Shown here: one piece after another, positions 40,894 through 52,903 of the stretch
How positions within the stretch are numbered: position 1 is the stretch's first letter
Layout: the number at the start of each line of letters is the position of its first letter
From: Blastocatellales bacterium
Lineage (GTDB): Bacteria > Acidobacteriota > Blastocatellia > RBC074
Length of the DNA: 64,000 nt
Direction of reading: 5' to 3'
Assembly (NCBI GenBank): GCA_050247435.1
Contig: JBFWUF010000015.1
Coordinates: forward strand, 29 to 64,028
Translations under genes and position numbers: made by a program
Notes under the pieces: generated by a model
The model's database searches: none
What the model was told of the DNA's origin: nothing
The model's input: only the letters and a program-made list of their open reading frames with translations

Positions 40894-41370
40894 ATGAGTT
40901 CAATCCTCGGCCAATCAGAACCGCAGGTCTTCGCGTGCCCGAAATGCAGAGAGATGATCAACACCTCGATGACTCAATGCGCTTATTGCAACGCGCCCGT
41001 TGACCCGCAATGGGCGTCGTGGGCGGCGAACGCGCAGACGACGATCAGCAGCGCGTTCAACCACGCCAACAACATCATGCTCGCCGCGCGCGGGATGGCC
41101 GTTCTGCTGGTGGCCAGTTACTTCCCCTGCGGCGGGAATATCGCGGCGATCGCCTTGTGGGCGATGATCTTCGTCTTTCCCATCCTGGTTCTGATCTGGT
41201 TTTCGAAATACCAGTGGAGTCTGCAAGGAATAGACAAAAACCACGACGACCTGAAACAGTCCCGCCGCAGGATATTGAAAGCGTCAATCGTTTATGGAGT
41301 GACGATCATCGCCTGGCCAATCATCACGATCATACTCGGACTCATTATGATCTTATTCGCAAGCGCATAA
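40894..41370 (+). CDS. Small membrane protein with an N-terminal zinc-ribbon (CPKC...CAYC) and 3 TM helices; hypothetical
   Basis: AAGGAG RBS and Cys pairs read from the translation. Confidence 0.5.
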   Translation: MSSILGQSEPQVFACPKCREMINTSMTQCAYCNAPVDPQWASWAANAQTTISSAFNHANNIMLAARGMAVLLVASYFPCGGNIAAIALWAMIFVFPILVLIWFSKYQWSLQGIDKNHDDLKQSRRRILKASIVYGVTIIAWPIITIILGLIMILFASA

Positions 41371-41373
41371 GGG

Positions 41374-41751
41374 TCACCAATGCCAGACCTGATCGTGCGC
41401 GTCCAGGATCGGCGCAATTTCGCCTACGCCGATTATTTCAACGCCCGCGATGCAACGCCGCCGGTCAATCCCGCGTTCTTCCAGGTCTTCGCGTACGGCG
41501 TAGACGCGCGCGCCTTTGGCTTGCAGTCGCGCGATGTCTTCCGACGGCCTGGCCGGATGATTGACGCCGACATTGCCAATGGTCAGCTTCGGACATTCCT
41601 GATTGACGATGTAATTCACAGCATTGCCGCGCAGCAGCACCGACAGATCGGCGCCGGCGTTCTGCAAAGCGCGGCTGAGCCAGAGAATGGTGTCGTCCTG
41701 TTCTTCAATCGTCGCGCGATAAGCTGTCTCCACGATGTTCAAGATTTTCAT
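41374..41751 (-). CDS. DsrE/DsrF/DsrH (TusBCD)-like sulfur-relay family protein
   Basis: 125 aa; size and hydrophobic N-terminal core typical of the family; third gene of a trio. Confidence 0.5.
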   Translation of the reverse strand: MKILNIVETAYRATIEEQDDTILWLSRALQNAGADLSVLLRGNAVNYIVNQECPKLTIGNVGVNHPARPSEDIARLQAKGARVYAVREDLEERGIDRRRCIAGVEIIGVGEIAPILDAHDQVWHW

Positions 41752-41767
41752 AATTGACTCCTATTTG

Positions 41768-42187
41768 TCATTTCGTCGGAATGACCAGCGTATTGTTTGA
41801 CGCTTCGGCCATCTTCAAAAAATCGCCCGGCCCGCCACGCTTCACGCCTTCGACGCAATTACCCGCGCCGCGTTCGTCCACGCACAGTCCGCAATTAACC
41901 CAGGTCAGCAGAGGATTGTTTTTGCCAGGTTCGATCCCACGTTCGAGTAATGAGGCGACGAAGTTTTTGGTCGTCGGGTGATCTTCCTCTTCGACCGTCG
42001 TGCCTTTGACCGGATTGGCGTGCGGCGCCTGATCTTTGATCGCCAGGCTGACCGCGCCTTCGTAAGCGAAGACGTTCACGTTGATTCCTTTTTTCAACGC
42101 CGCGGAAATGATGCGAAAAGCCGTGGTTGAATTGGCCGATTCGTAAGGCGCGTCCATCAACGCCACAGTCAATGTCTTCTCAGCCAT
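41768..42187 (-). CDS. DsrE-like protein with a conserved Cys (VNCGLCVDERG)
   Basis: 139 aa; DsrE/F-like fold motif. Confidence 0.5.
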   Translation of the reverse strand: MAEKTLTVALMDAPYESANSTTAFRIISAALKKGINVNVFAYEGAVSLAIKDQAPHANPVKGTTVEEEDHPTTKNFVASLLERGIEPGKNNPLLTWVNCGLCVDERGAGNCVEGVKRGGPGDFLKMAEASNNTLVIPTK

Positions 42188-42199
42188 GTTTATCTCCTC

Positions 42200-42529
42200 T
42201 CAGTGCCAGATTGCTTTGGTTTCTTTTTGAATCAGCAGATCAACCAGCGCGTCAACGCCTGATTCCCGAATGCCTGCGCCCAGTTCCTCGCTCGCGACGC
42301 CGCGCTCGCGCAACGAGAAATCATCGGCCAGCACGCTGATTCCGGCTTTGGCCAGCAGCGGCAGGTGAGAGCGGCGCGCGTTTTTGCGCGCGGCCAGCAC
42401 GCCGTTCTGCGCCAGAAAGATCACGACTTCATGGCCAAGCTGTTTCAGGGCCACAGCCGTGTCGGTGACGAATTGCGTGTCGCGCGACTCGAATGGGTCA
42501 CGCGATTCGATCAAAACATATCGAGCCAT
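42200..42529 (-). CDS. DsrE/DsrF-like family protein
   Basis: 109 aa, MARYVLIESRDPFESRD...VVIFLAQNGV. Confidence 0.5.
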   Translation of the reverse strand: MARYVLIESRDPFESRDTQFVTDTAVALKQLGHEVVIFLAQNGVLAARKNARRSHLPLLAKAGISVLADDFSLRERGVASEELGAGIRESGVDALVDLLIQKETKAIWH

Positions 42530-42550
42530 TTTTATTCTCCTTCGGATAAT

Positions 42551-42651
42551 CCTGGGGGCGCACGCGGCCCGCGTGCGGGCTTGTTGAAAGATACCGCACG
42601 ATAAAAATAGCGACTGAGTAAGCCCGCACGCGGGCCGCGTGCGCCCCCAGG
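42551..42651. repeat. Palindromic element, copy E: perfect 32-bp inverted repeat CCTGGGGGCGCACGCGGCCCGCGTGCGGGCTT ... AAGCCCGCACGCGGGCCGCGTGCGCCCCCAGG around a 37-bp loop. Each arm is itself palindromic.
   Basis: Read directly. It starts 4 nt after the stop of the PAP2-like gene and ends 21 nt before the DsrE-like start. Confidence 0.85.
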
Positions 42652-42654
42652 GAA

Positions 42655-44181
42655 TTAACGAGCCGGATGCGCGCCGTCGCGTTTAGCTCTTTCGATAAAC
42701 AACGGCGCCATACGACGGCCTATGGCCAGGCCGGCATCAACGTCGAAGCGCCAATGCGTCCCATCGTACAAGCGCGAGATCCCTCCGCCTTCCGCTTCCT
42801 CACGCAAAGAGTCGGTGTCGATCGGGAAGAAGAACGACAGGACTTCGGCCGCCACTCCCCCGCACGTCGAATTGCCGGACGTGTACGACGGATCGCGCGG
42901 CGTCGGGCGCACCGAAGTGAAACTCTGATCGAATCTGCATTGACGGATGATCGTCTGCGGCCTCGCAGTCCAGTACTTGTACTTCGACTTCCACGAGACC
43001 TGGAGCGAATCGGCCAGAGCCACATTCACCAGCGCGCTGATGCGGGCCGCGCGTGGCAGATTCAATTTGTCCCGCGCCAGCAGTTCCAGCGTAATCAGAT
43101 TCCACCGAACGGCGGGCGGCCCAGCCCACCGAGCGATCAGCGCGTTGCGCGGCCCGCCGGGCAGCTCCGCTCGCGTCGCGGCCACGTGATCCATCAGTTC
43201 CCGCGCAGGCTGTTCAAGCAGATTGCATACGTCCGTTTGATTCGTCCCGTACAGGTTGAATCCCGGCGGCGGCTCGGCCAGAAACCGCTCGGATGATGGA
43301 ATGACCCACGTTCGCCATTCGCCAGCCAGAGGCTCGGTCGGCGTCCGGCCTGCGGGCGGGCACAGATCGAACGGCGCTGAAGTCGGCTCCCAGAATCCAG
43401 GCCCCGTCAGCCTGCCGGGCTGGACTACGCAATCCCAGGTGGCGAACGAGCCGTCGTTCATCGCGCGACGGCTGATCATCAGTTCCGCCACGGCGCCGCC
43501 CAGTTCAAATCCCGCCTCGATGTCGCTGCGGTAATTAACTCCGGCCCGCAACCGCGAGAATGCCGCCTCTTTCGCGTTCGCCTTGATCCTGGCGGCGTCG
43601 GAAGGAAACAAATATCCCAGCATTCGCGCCGCGGCTCCGGCTATCGCGGCGTGTTCCGAAGGATATGTCGGATGAATTGGCGGCTCGACCGAAGGCGATA
43701 ACGAGCGATCCAGCCGGTCGGGCCGCGCGCGATGATAGACGTACTTCCAAAACCAGGCCGCGACGACGGCGTCGTAGATTGCGGCGTGAACGAGCGCCAG
43801 CCCGCGATGCGCGCGTGGCGGGTTGACGCTCTGGTTGCGGATGAGATCGAGTTGCGTCTCAGTCCACGGCTTGAACGCCGGGGCCGCGTTCCAGAAATCT
43901 ATCCTTGCCTGAATCTCGGGCGTCCGCTGCTGTTGCAGCCTCCTTAGCTCTGCCAATTCGGCGCGAGTTCGATGGCTGCGAGAATGCGGCGGAGGCGGAA
44001 CCAGAACCTCGGCGCCGAAAGCCAGGGCGTAAGTCCTCCAGAAACCGGCGCGCCGCTCTCGCAAACGGCTGTTCGGATAATTGAGCGGTTGCGCGCTGAT
44101 GGCGAACAACTCCGTCGGAAGAGCCAGCAGCAAGCTCAGCGCGAGACCGGTCAATTTGATTGTTGAGCTTCGAGACTTCAT
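42655..44181 (-). CDS. Secreted PAP2-superfamily / vanadium-haloperoxidase-like protein with two PAP2-like halves (degenerate N-terminal half, canonical C-terminal half)
   Basis: The C-terminal half has KYKYWTARP, ...SGNST... and SRLYDGTHWRFDVDAG (KxxxxxxRP / PSGH / SRxxxxxHxxxD). The start is likely MKSRSS at 44181 (the ORF extends to 44211). Confidence 0.65.
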   Translation of the reverse strand: MKSRSSTIKLTGLALSLLLALPTELFAISAQPLNYPNSRLRERRAGFWRTYALAFGAEVLVPPPPHSRSHRTRAELAELRRLQQQRTPEIQARIDFWNAAPAFKPWTETQLDLIRNQSVNPPRAHRGLALVHAAIYDAVVAAWFWKYVYHRARPDRLDRSLSPSVEPPIHPTYPSEHAAIAGAAARMLGYLFPSDAARIKANAKEAAFSRLRAGVNYRSDIEAGFELGGAVAELMISRRAMNDGSFATWDCVVQPGRLTGPGFWEPTSAPFDLCPPAGRTPTEPLAGEWRTWVIPSSERFLAEPPPGFNLYGTNQTDVCNLLEQPARELMDHVAATRAELPGGPRNALIARWAGPPAVRWNLITLELLARDKLNLPRAARISALVNVALADSLQVSWKSKYKYWTARPQTIIRQCRFDQSFTSVRPTPRDPSYTSGNSTCGGVAAEVLSFFFPIDTDSLREEAEGGGISRLYDGTHWRFDVDAGLAIGRRMAPLFIERAKRDGAHPAR

Positions 44182-44198
44182 GAATTTTCTCCTCGGCT

Positions 44199-44297
44199 CC
44201 TGGGTACGCATCGTTTCCAGCGTGCCATTGGCGAATAGCCTATTTCCTCTCGATCAGCTTCTCGCCAAGAGCACGCTGGAAGCGATGTGTACCCAGG
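44199..44297. repeat. Palindromic MITE/REP-like element, copy C (CCTGGGTACGCATCGTTTCCAGCGTGCC ... CTCGCCAAGAGCACGCTGGAAGCGATGTGTACCCAGG)
   Basis: It shares a 27-nt identical segment with copy A. It is intergenic between the YVTN gene stop and the PAP2 gene start. Confidence 0.8.
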
Positions 44298-44309
44298 AGC
44301 AATTGTGGA

Positions 44310-45455
44310 TCAGGGCACGTATGCCAGCCCAAACGGGTTGAAGCCGACTGTGATCTCTTTGTGGTAAACCGGCAGGTCGCCCTTCAGCTTGTAGACAGTC
44401 ACCTTGCTGGCGGTCGCGCCGGAGTGGGTCAGGTAAAGCTTGCGGCCGCCGCGATCATTCGGGAAAAAGATTCCGCGATCAGGCGAGAGCGCGATGTTGT
44501 GCGGGCCTGGGAACGGTGTGTCGAGCGGCGAGCCGATGACGGCGTTTGAATTGGTGTCAATCGTCCACAACCCGTCATTCCCGCCGCCGGGGAGATTAGT
44601 GGTGTAAAACGTCTCGCCGTCATAGGCCATCCCGGCGCCGTGCGCTCCCGGAATCAAGATGGACGTCACAGGCGCGAGCGTTCCTCGATCCAGCACCGCG
44701 ACCACATTGCTGTTCTGGCAAGGCACGTAGAGCAGGTTGTTCCGCCGCGTCGCGGTAAGATGCGGGTCTTTGCCGACCGCCACGCGCCCGACTTCCTGGA
44801 ATGTTTGCGTGCTGTATTTGACTACGAAGTCGGCAGGCCCCGTCACGCCGATCAGCGAAACGTAAGCGAATTCGCCGGCGACCGGATCAAGGATCACGTC
44901 GTGCGGTTTGCCGCCCGCAGAGGCCAGATCAGCCGGCGTCGGAACCGTCGCCAGAACCTGCAGCGTGAGCGGATCAATCACCGTGCAGGTCTTGTCAATG
45001 TCGTTGTTGACCCAGAGCTGGCGGTCGAACGGATCAGCCCACATGTGCCAGATACCCGCGCCCGCCGGGACTGTCCCTTCGACGACGAAGGTTCGCGGAT
45101 TGAAGACCGCCACGCGATTGTTCGCGCGGTCGCCGACGAAGACGCGCCCGCGCGAGTAAACGACGTACATCGGTTCCGGGGTTTTAGTGTCGGCAGGCAG
45201 GGCATAAGTTCCGACGACCCGGTCTGAAGCGGCGTCAATGACGGAGATTGTGCCCGAAGCGCGATTGGCGATAACCATCTTGCCTTTGCGCCGCCCAAGC
45301 CCCGGAACCCCTCGCGCATCTTCGTCCTCGCGCGTCAGTTGGGGGTCTTGTTGACCTTGCGGCTCACGCGCAGATGACGTGTTCTGGTTTCCGCTGATCG
45401 CCGCGATGATGACCAGCGCCAGACAGTGCGTGATCAGGAAAAGTCGGCGTTTCAT
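44310..45455 (-). CDS. Secreted YVTN-family beta-propeller repeat protein
   Basis: Signal peptide and repeated blade motifs (YVxxxxxxxVxVxD). Confidence 0.65.
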   Translation of the reverse strand: MKRRLFLITHCLALVIIAAISGNQNTSSAREPQGQQDPQLTREDEDARGVPGLGRRKGKMVIANRASGTISVIDAASDRVVGTYALPADTKTPEPMYVVYSRGRVFVGDRANNRVAVFNPRTFVVEGTVPAGAGIWHMWADPFDRQLWVNNDIDKTCTVIDPLTLQVLATVPTPADLASAGGKPHDVILDPVAGEFAYVSLIGVTGPADFVVKYSTQTFQEVGRVAVGKDPHLTATRRNNLLYVPCQNSNVVAVLDRGTLAPVTSILIPGAHGAGMAYDGETFYTTNLPGGGNDGLWTIDTNSNAVIGSPLDTPFPGPHNIALSPDRGIFFPNDRGGRKLYLTHSGATASKVTVYKLKGDLPVYHKEITVGFNPFGLAYVP

Positions 45456-45636
45456 GAATTTTCTCCTTTGATAGCTGTTTTGGTTTTGTGATTCAGAGTT
45501 GATGAAGAGTTTAGAGCTTTCTCTCTGCCCTCAACCTCTCATGCAGAAAACCGGCGCGAATCGGCTCAGCAATAATGAAAAATTTCGACTTTGTCCTGAC
45601 CTGCGGTAAAATTCGCGTTCTTTGCGGGAGACGACA

Positions 45637-46200
45637 ATGACCTCAACGCCTGAACAGATCACCCGAATGCTGATTGCCTGGAATCAGGGCGACGAGAGCG
45701 CGCGCGACGAGTTGATGCCGCTCATCTACGACGAACTGCGCCGGCTGGCGCGCGCGCGCCTGCGCCGCGAGCGGATCAACCACACGCTGCAACCGACGGC
45801 GCTGGTTCACGAGGCTTTTCTGCGGCTGGTGGATCAGAGCAAGGTCAATTGGCAGAACCGCGCGCACTTCTTCGGCGCCGCCGCGCGGCTGATGCGCCAG
45901 ATTCTGATCAATCACGCCGAAGCGCGCCGCGCAGCCAAGCGGGGCGGCGAGGCCGAGCGAATTTCGCTCAACGATGTCGATCGTTTCAAAGTGGAAGAAG
46001 AGATAGACCTGGTCGCCCTGAACGAGGCGCTGAAGCGGCTGGAACGCATTGATCCGCGGCAGGGGCGGATCGTCGAGATGCGCTATTTCAGCGGGTTGGC
46101 CATCGAAGAGATTGCGGAAGCGCTGGGCGTTTCGCCCGCGACCGTCAAACGCGAATGGAGCGCGGCCAGAGCATGGTTGAGGCGTGAACTCAGCCGTTGA
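45637..46200 (+). CDS. ECF-family RNA polymerase sigma factor (the type paired with Ser/Thr kinases)
   Basis: Sigma2 and sigma4 regions (ALVHEAFLRLVD..., ...RQGRIVEMRYFSGLAIEEIAEALGVSPATVKREW). Confidence 0.8.
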   Translation: MTSTPEQITRMLIAWNQGDESARDELMPLIYDELRRLARARLRRERINHTLQPTALVHEAFLRLVDQSKVNWQNRAHFFGAAARLMRQILINHAEARRAAKRGGEAERISLNDVDRFKVEEEIDLVALNEALKRLERIDPRQGRIVEMRYFSGLAIEEIAEALGVSPATVKREWSAARAWLRRELSR

Positions 46201-46209
46201 TCATCAGCT

Positions 46210-48822
46210 ATGGAACAGGAGATCACATCCGAACGCTGGCGGCTGGTGAAACAGATATTTCAAGCCGCCGTCGAATTGCCCGGCGCTGAGCGGGACGCTT
46301 ATCTCGCGGACGCGTGCGCTGATGATCCTTCGCTTCGCGCCGAAATCGAATCGCTCATCGCCGCTCACGAACAGCCGGGCAGCTTCATGGACACGCCTCT
46401 CTTCGATCTGGTCGAGGAGCCTTCGGCCAATTCGCTGTTGGGCAAATCCCTCGGACGTTATCGGATTATGGCGATGCTCGGACGCGGCGGAGTGGGCGAG
46501 GTCTACAAGGCGAAAGACACAGTGCTCGGCCGCGACGTGGCGATCAAGGTGCTGTCTTCCGGCTTCTCGTCCGACCAGGACCGCCTGAGCCGCTTTGCGC
46601 AGGAGGCGCGCGCCGCCTCGGCGCTCAATCATCCGAACATCATCACCATTCACGAATTCGGGCAGGCCGAAGGCTTTCACTTCATCGTCAGCGAGTTCAT
46701 CGAAGGCCAGACGTTGCGCCGGTTGATGGCAAGCAGACGTATGAACACCGGCGAGATTCTGGAGATCGCCATCCAGATCGCCAATGCTCTGAACGCGGCG
46801 CACGAGGCAGGGATCGTCCACCGCGACATCAAGCCTGAAAACATCATGGCGCGCCCCGACGGGTTGATCAAAGTCCTCGACTTCGGGCTGGCCAAATTGA
46901 TCGAGCCTAGCGCGCCCGCAAACGCCGCAAATGACACCGAAGCTTCAACGCGGGATTTGGGCCGCACCGCGGCTGGGATCGTGATGGGCACTGTCAATTA
47001 TATGTCGCCGGAGCAGGCGCGCGGTCTTTCCGTTGACGCGCGCACAGACATCTTCAGCCTGGGCGTTGTGCTTTACGAGATGACCACAGGCCGGGCGCCT
47101 TTCGCGCGCGCTACGGTCGCCGACGTGATCGCCTCGATTCTGGAAAAGGAGCCTCCGCCGTTCGCCGAGTCCACGTCCGAAGCTACCGAAGCGCCTGAAG
47201 CTATGGAGGCGATCATCCGCAAGGCGCTGCGCAAAGACCGCGGGGAGAGGTATCAAACGGTTGGAGGATTGCTCGCCGACCTGAAGAGCCTGAAGAGCGG
47301 CGAAGCGGTCGCAGCTCTTCAGCCCGCCAAAAGCGAAAACCTGATCGGCATGCTTAAACGGCGCTGGCGCGCCGCTGCAATCACATTGGTCGCGCTGGCG
47401 GCGATTGCCGCCGCCGTCTACTTCAGCAAAAACGAAAGAGCGATAGAGTCCGTGGCCGTCCTGCCTTTGATCAATGCGGACGGAAACCCGGAGACTGAGT
47501 ATCTGGCGGACGGCCTCACTGAGAGCTTGATCAACAGTCTCACTCAACTGCCCAATCTGACCGTGAGGCCGCGCAACCAGGTATTTCGATACAAAAAGCG
47601 GGATACCGATCCGCAAATCGCCGGGCGCGAGTTGGAGGTCGAAACGGTTCTGACCGGTCAGATGTCGCTGCGCGGCGAGCAGATCATCATCAGCCTTCAA
47701 TTGATTGATGCGCGCGAAAACCGCCAGCTTTGGGGCGAGCGCTACCAACGCAAGTTCGCCGATATTCTGAGGACGCAAGAGGAGATCGCCCGCAAAGTCT
47801 CGGAGAACCTGCGGCTGCGCCTGTCGAGCGCGGACGAACGGAGACTGGCCAAACACTATACCGACAACTTCGAGGCGTATCGCGCATACCTGATCGGTCG
47901 CGACTTCTGGAACAAGAGAAACAGAAAGGGCTTTGAGAAGGCAATTGATCACTTCAACCAGGCAATCGCGATAGACCCGAACTACGCCCTGGCCTACTCA
48001 GGACTGGCTGATTGCTATATCGCGATGACTACGTATGGCGAGATTCCGCCGTCAGAGGGCTTCTCCAGGGCGAAAGACGCGGCGAAGAAAGCGCTGGCAA
48101 TAGATGACACGCTGGCCGAAGCTCATACTTCTCTGGCTCATCTGACCTGGCTTCACGAGTGGGATTGGGCCGGAGGAGAAAGAGAATTCGAGCGGGCAAT
48201 TACACTCAATCCAAAATATGAGATGGCGCATCAATGGTATGCGACCTATCTGTCGGCGATGGGACGGCACAAGGAAGCCATCGCCTCGATAAAACGCGCT
48301 CATGAACTGGATCCGACTTCGAGCATCATCGGCCTGGACGTGGCCAGAACCTATTATTTCGCGACCCTGTACGACCAGGCCATTGAACAATGCCTTAAAG
48401 TGTTTGCGGCGGACCCGGACTTTAACAGAATCAGCGATTGGCTGGCGATGGCTTATGAGCAGCAAGGTCTTCATGACAAGGCCTTCGAAGAGAACCTCAA
48501 AGTGTTTGCCAGACGCGGCGTGAGTCCGGAAATAATGCTTGCGTTGAAGAAGGCCTACGACACTTCGGGGTGGAAAGGTTTCTGGCGAAAACATCTCGAG
48601 TGGACGCAGAAAGAAGCCAGGGAAAGATACGTGCCGCCATACTTCATGGCCAGAATCTATGTCCGCCTCGGCGCCCACGACCAGGCTCTCGAATGGTTGC
48701 AGAAGGCTTACGACAGACATTCCGATTATCTGGTCGTGCTCAAAGTCGAACCGTTGTTCGACCCTCTGCGCTCGGACCCGCGCTTCACAAAACTGCTGCG
48801 GGATATTGGCTTCGCCCCATAA
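46210..48822 (+). CDS. Ser/Thr protein kinase with a TM segment and C-terminal TPR repeats
   Basis: LGRGGVGEVYKA...VAIK, HRDIKPENIM, DFGLAK, and C-terminal TPR-like repeats. Confidence 0.85.
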   Translation: MEQEITSERWRLVKQIFQAAVELPGAERDAYLADACADDPSLRAEIESLIAAHEQPGSFMDTPLFDLVEEPSANSLLGKSLGRYRIMAMLGRGGVGEVYKAKDTVLGRDVAIKVLSSGFSSDQDRLSRFAQEARAASALNHPNIITIHEFGQAEGFHFIVSEFIEGQTLRRLMASRRMNTGEILEIAIQIANALNAAHEAGIVHRDIKPENIMARPDGLIKVLDFGLAKLIEPSAPANAANDTEASTRDLGRTAAGIVMGTVNYMSPEQARGLSVDARTDIFSLGVVLYEMTTGRAPFARATVADVIASILEKEPPPFAESTSEATEAPEAMEAIIRKALRKDRGERYQTVGGLLADLKSLKSGEAVAALQPAKSENLIGMLKRRWRAAAITLVALAAIAAAVYFSKNERAIESVAVLPLINADGNPETEYLADGLTESLINSLTQLPNLTVRPRNQVFRYKKRDTDPQIAGRELEVETVLTGQMSLRGEQIIISLQLIDARENRQLWGERYQRKFADILRTQEEIARKVSENLRLRLSSADERRLAKHYTDNFEAYRAYLIGRDFWNKRNRKGFEKAIDHFNQAIAIDPNYALAYSGLADCYIAMTTYGEIPPSEGFSRAKDAAKKALAIDDTLAEAHTSLAHLTWLHEWDWAGGEREFERAITLNPKYEMAHQWYATYLSAMGRHKEAIASIKRAHELDPTSSIIGLDVARTYYFATLYDQAIEQCLKVFAADPDFNRISDWLAMAYEQQGLHDKAFEENLKVFARRGVSPEIMLALKKAYDTSGWKGFWRKHLEWTQKEARERYVPPYFMARIYVRLGAHDQALEWLQKAYDRHSDYLVVLKVEPLFDPLRSDPRFTKLLRDIGFAP

Positions 48823-49026
48823 TCCTCCGTCTCTCCGTCTCCCCGCTTCGACTAAGCGGCGCGTTTGAGCTATAGTATCGGCCTACTGCTCTCATAGTCA
48901 GATCAGGATGACATCAGCTTCAATATCAATTCGACTTAACGAGAATGATTGCGAAGGCGCGCATTACGCTGCTGAAGTGTGGCCGAACGCAACGACAAAA
49001 TACGCAACGAAGGATTAAGAAAGACA

Positions 49027-51729
<2,703 letters not shown>

Positions 51730-51747
51730 ACTCGCGTTCATTTAAAG

Positions 51748-52648
51748 TTGACATCATTCCCGGAGTTGTCTTGTGCGCCGGTCTTTCGCCGTCAGTGGCC
51801 AAGCCTCTACGAAGCGGCGCAAGATGGCGCGCTCAACCGCCAGGAATTGCTCAAACTCGAGGTCGAGAACTTGCCCACAGCTTCTCGGCAATTGTTGGTC
51901 GGTGACCACACGGCCTGGTCGCGCCCGCAAGCGCGCACGCTGCGTGATCGCAGCTTCGAGCATCAGCCGACTCCGATCCGCGGGCAAAAGCCGATCACCA
52001 TCGGGCACGGTTACAGCACACTCGGCGTTGTCCCGGACAAAGAAGGTAGTTGGTTTCTGCCTCTGCTGCACGAGCGGATTAAGAGCGAGACGAAGCCTTC
52101 AGCCAAGATGGCTGAGCAACTCAAAGAGGTCTGTCCCTTATTGCCTGAGCGACCACTGGCGCTGTTTGACGCGGAGTACGGTAGCGGCGCGTTCGTCAAG
52201 GAGACTGACGGCATCAATTGCGATCTACTCTTCCGCCTGCGCCCCAATCGCAAGCTGCGTCTGGCGCCAGGGCCTTACAAAGGGCGAGGCCGCCATCCGA
52301 TTCACCAACCAAACGCCTGAACAGAGCGAGCTATGGAGCACATTGATGGTGATCGCGAGTTGGCAACTGTGGCTGGCTCGCTCCCACGCGGAGGACAAGC
52401 CTCGCCCGTGGCAAAAGCCGCAACCGCCCGAGAAGATGACGCCTGGGCGCGTTCACCAAGCGATGGGGGGAGTTTTGGCGAGGATTGGTACACCGGCTAG
52501 CGATCCCAAAGCTCGTGGAAATTCGCCAGGCTGGCCAGTCGGGCGGATTCGCGCCAAGCGCACACGCTACGACGTGGTCAGAAAGCGTCCCAAGGAGACC
52601 AACGAGGTGAAAAAAGAACCCCCGAAAAACAAGCAGGCATCGCTCTGA
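51748..52648 (+). pseudogene. DDE transposase remnant, N-terminally truncated and frameshifted near 52295 (two overlapping frames: 51748-52320 and 51773-52648); IS4/IS701-like superfamily, family uncertain
   Basis: Frame 1 has LLVGDHTAW...GHGYSTLGVV...LFDAEYG (DDE-like). The continuation in frame 2 has ...ELWSTLMVIASWQLWLAR... Neither frame alone is full length. Confidence 0.55.
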
Positions 52649-52903
52649 CGCTAATTTGGTGATTGTCAATGAACTTTCAACTCACTCGGACATCGCCGAG
52701 GATGAGGTTGTGTAGTCTAATCTCGAAACGAAGCCATACTCAAAATAGCCGGGATGCCGGGCATTGGGCATTTGCGCGAAGACCTCGCTGACGAACCTTG
52801 CGCTTCTGGCCGGTTCATCGTTATCTGATCATCTACCGATCCGAGATTGAGCCTTTGGAGATTGCTCGGATCTTGAGCAGCAGACGCGACATCCGCGCAT
52901 TAC

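Noticed and set aside
46945-47952. 335-aa minus-strand ORF inside the Ser/Thr kinase gene
   Set aside because: Antisense to a kinase with all its catalytic motifs intact.
51773-52648. 291-aa ORF taken as an independent gene
   Set aside because: Its N-terminal two thirds is an out-of-frame read of the transposase fragment (Ser/Arg-rich nonsense). Only the C-terminal part is transposase-like. It is better explained as the frameshifted continuation of 51748-52320.
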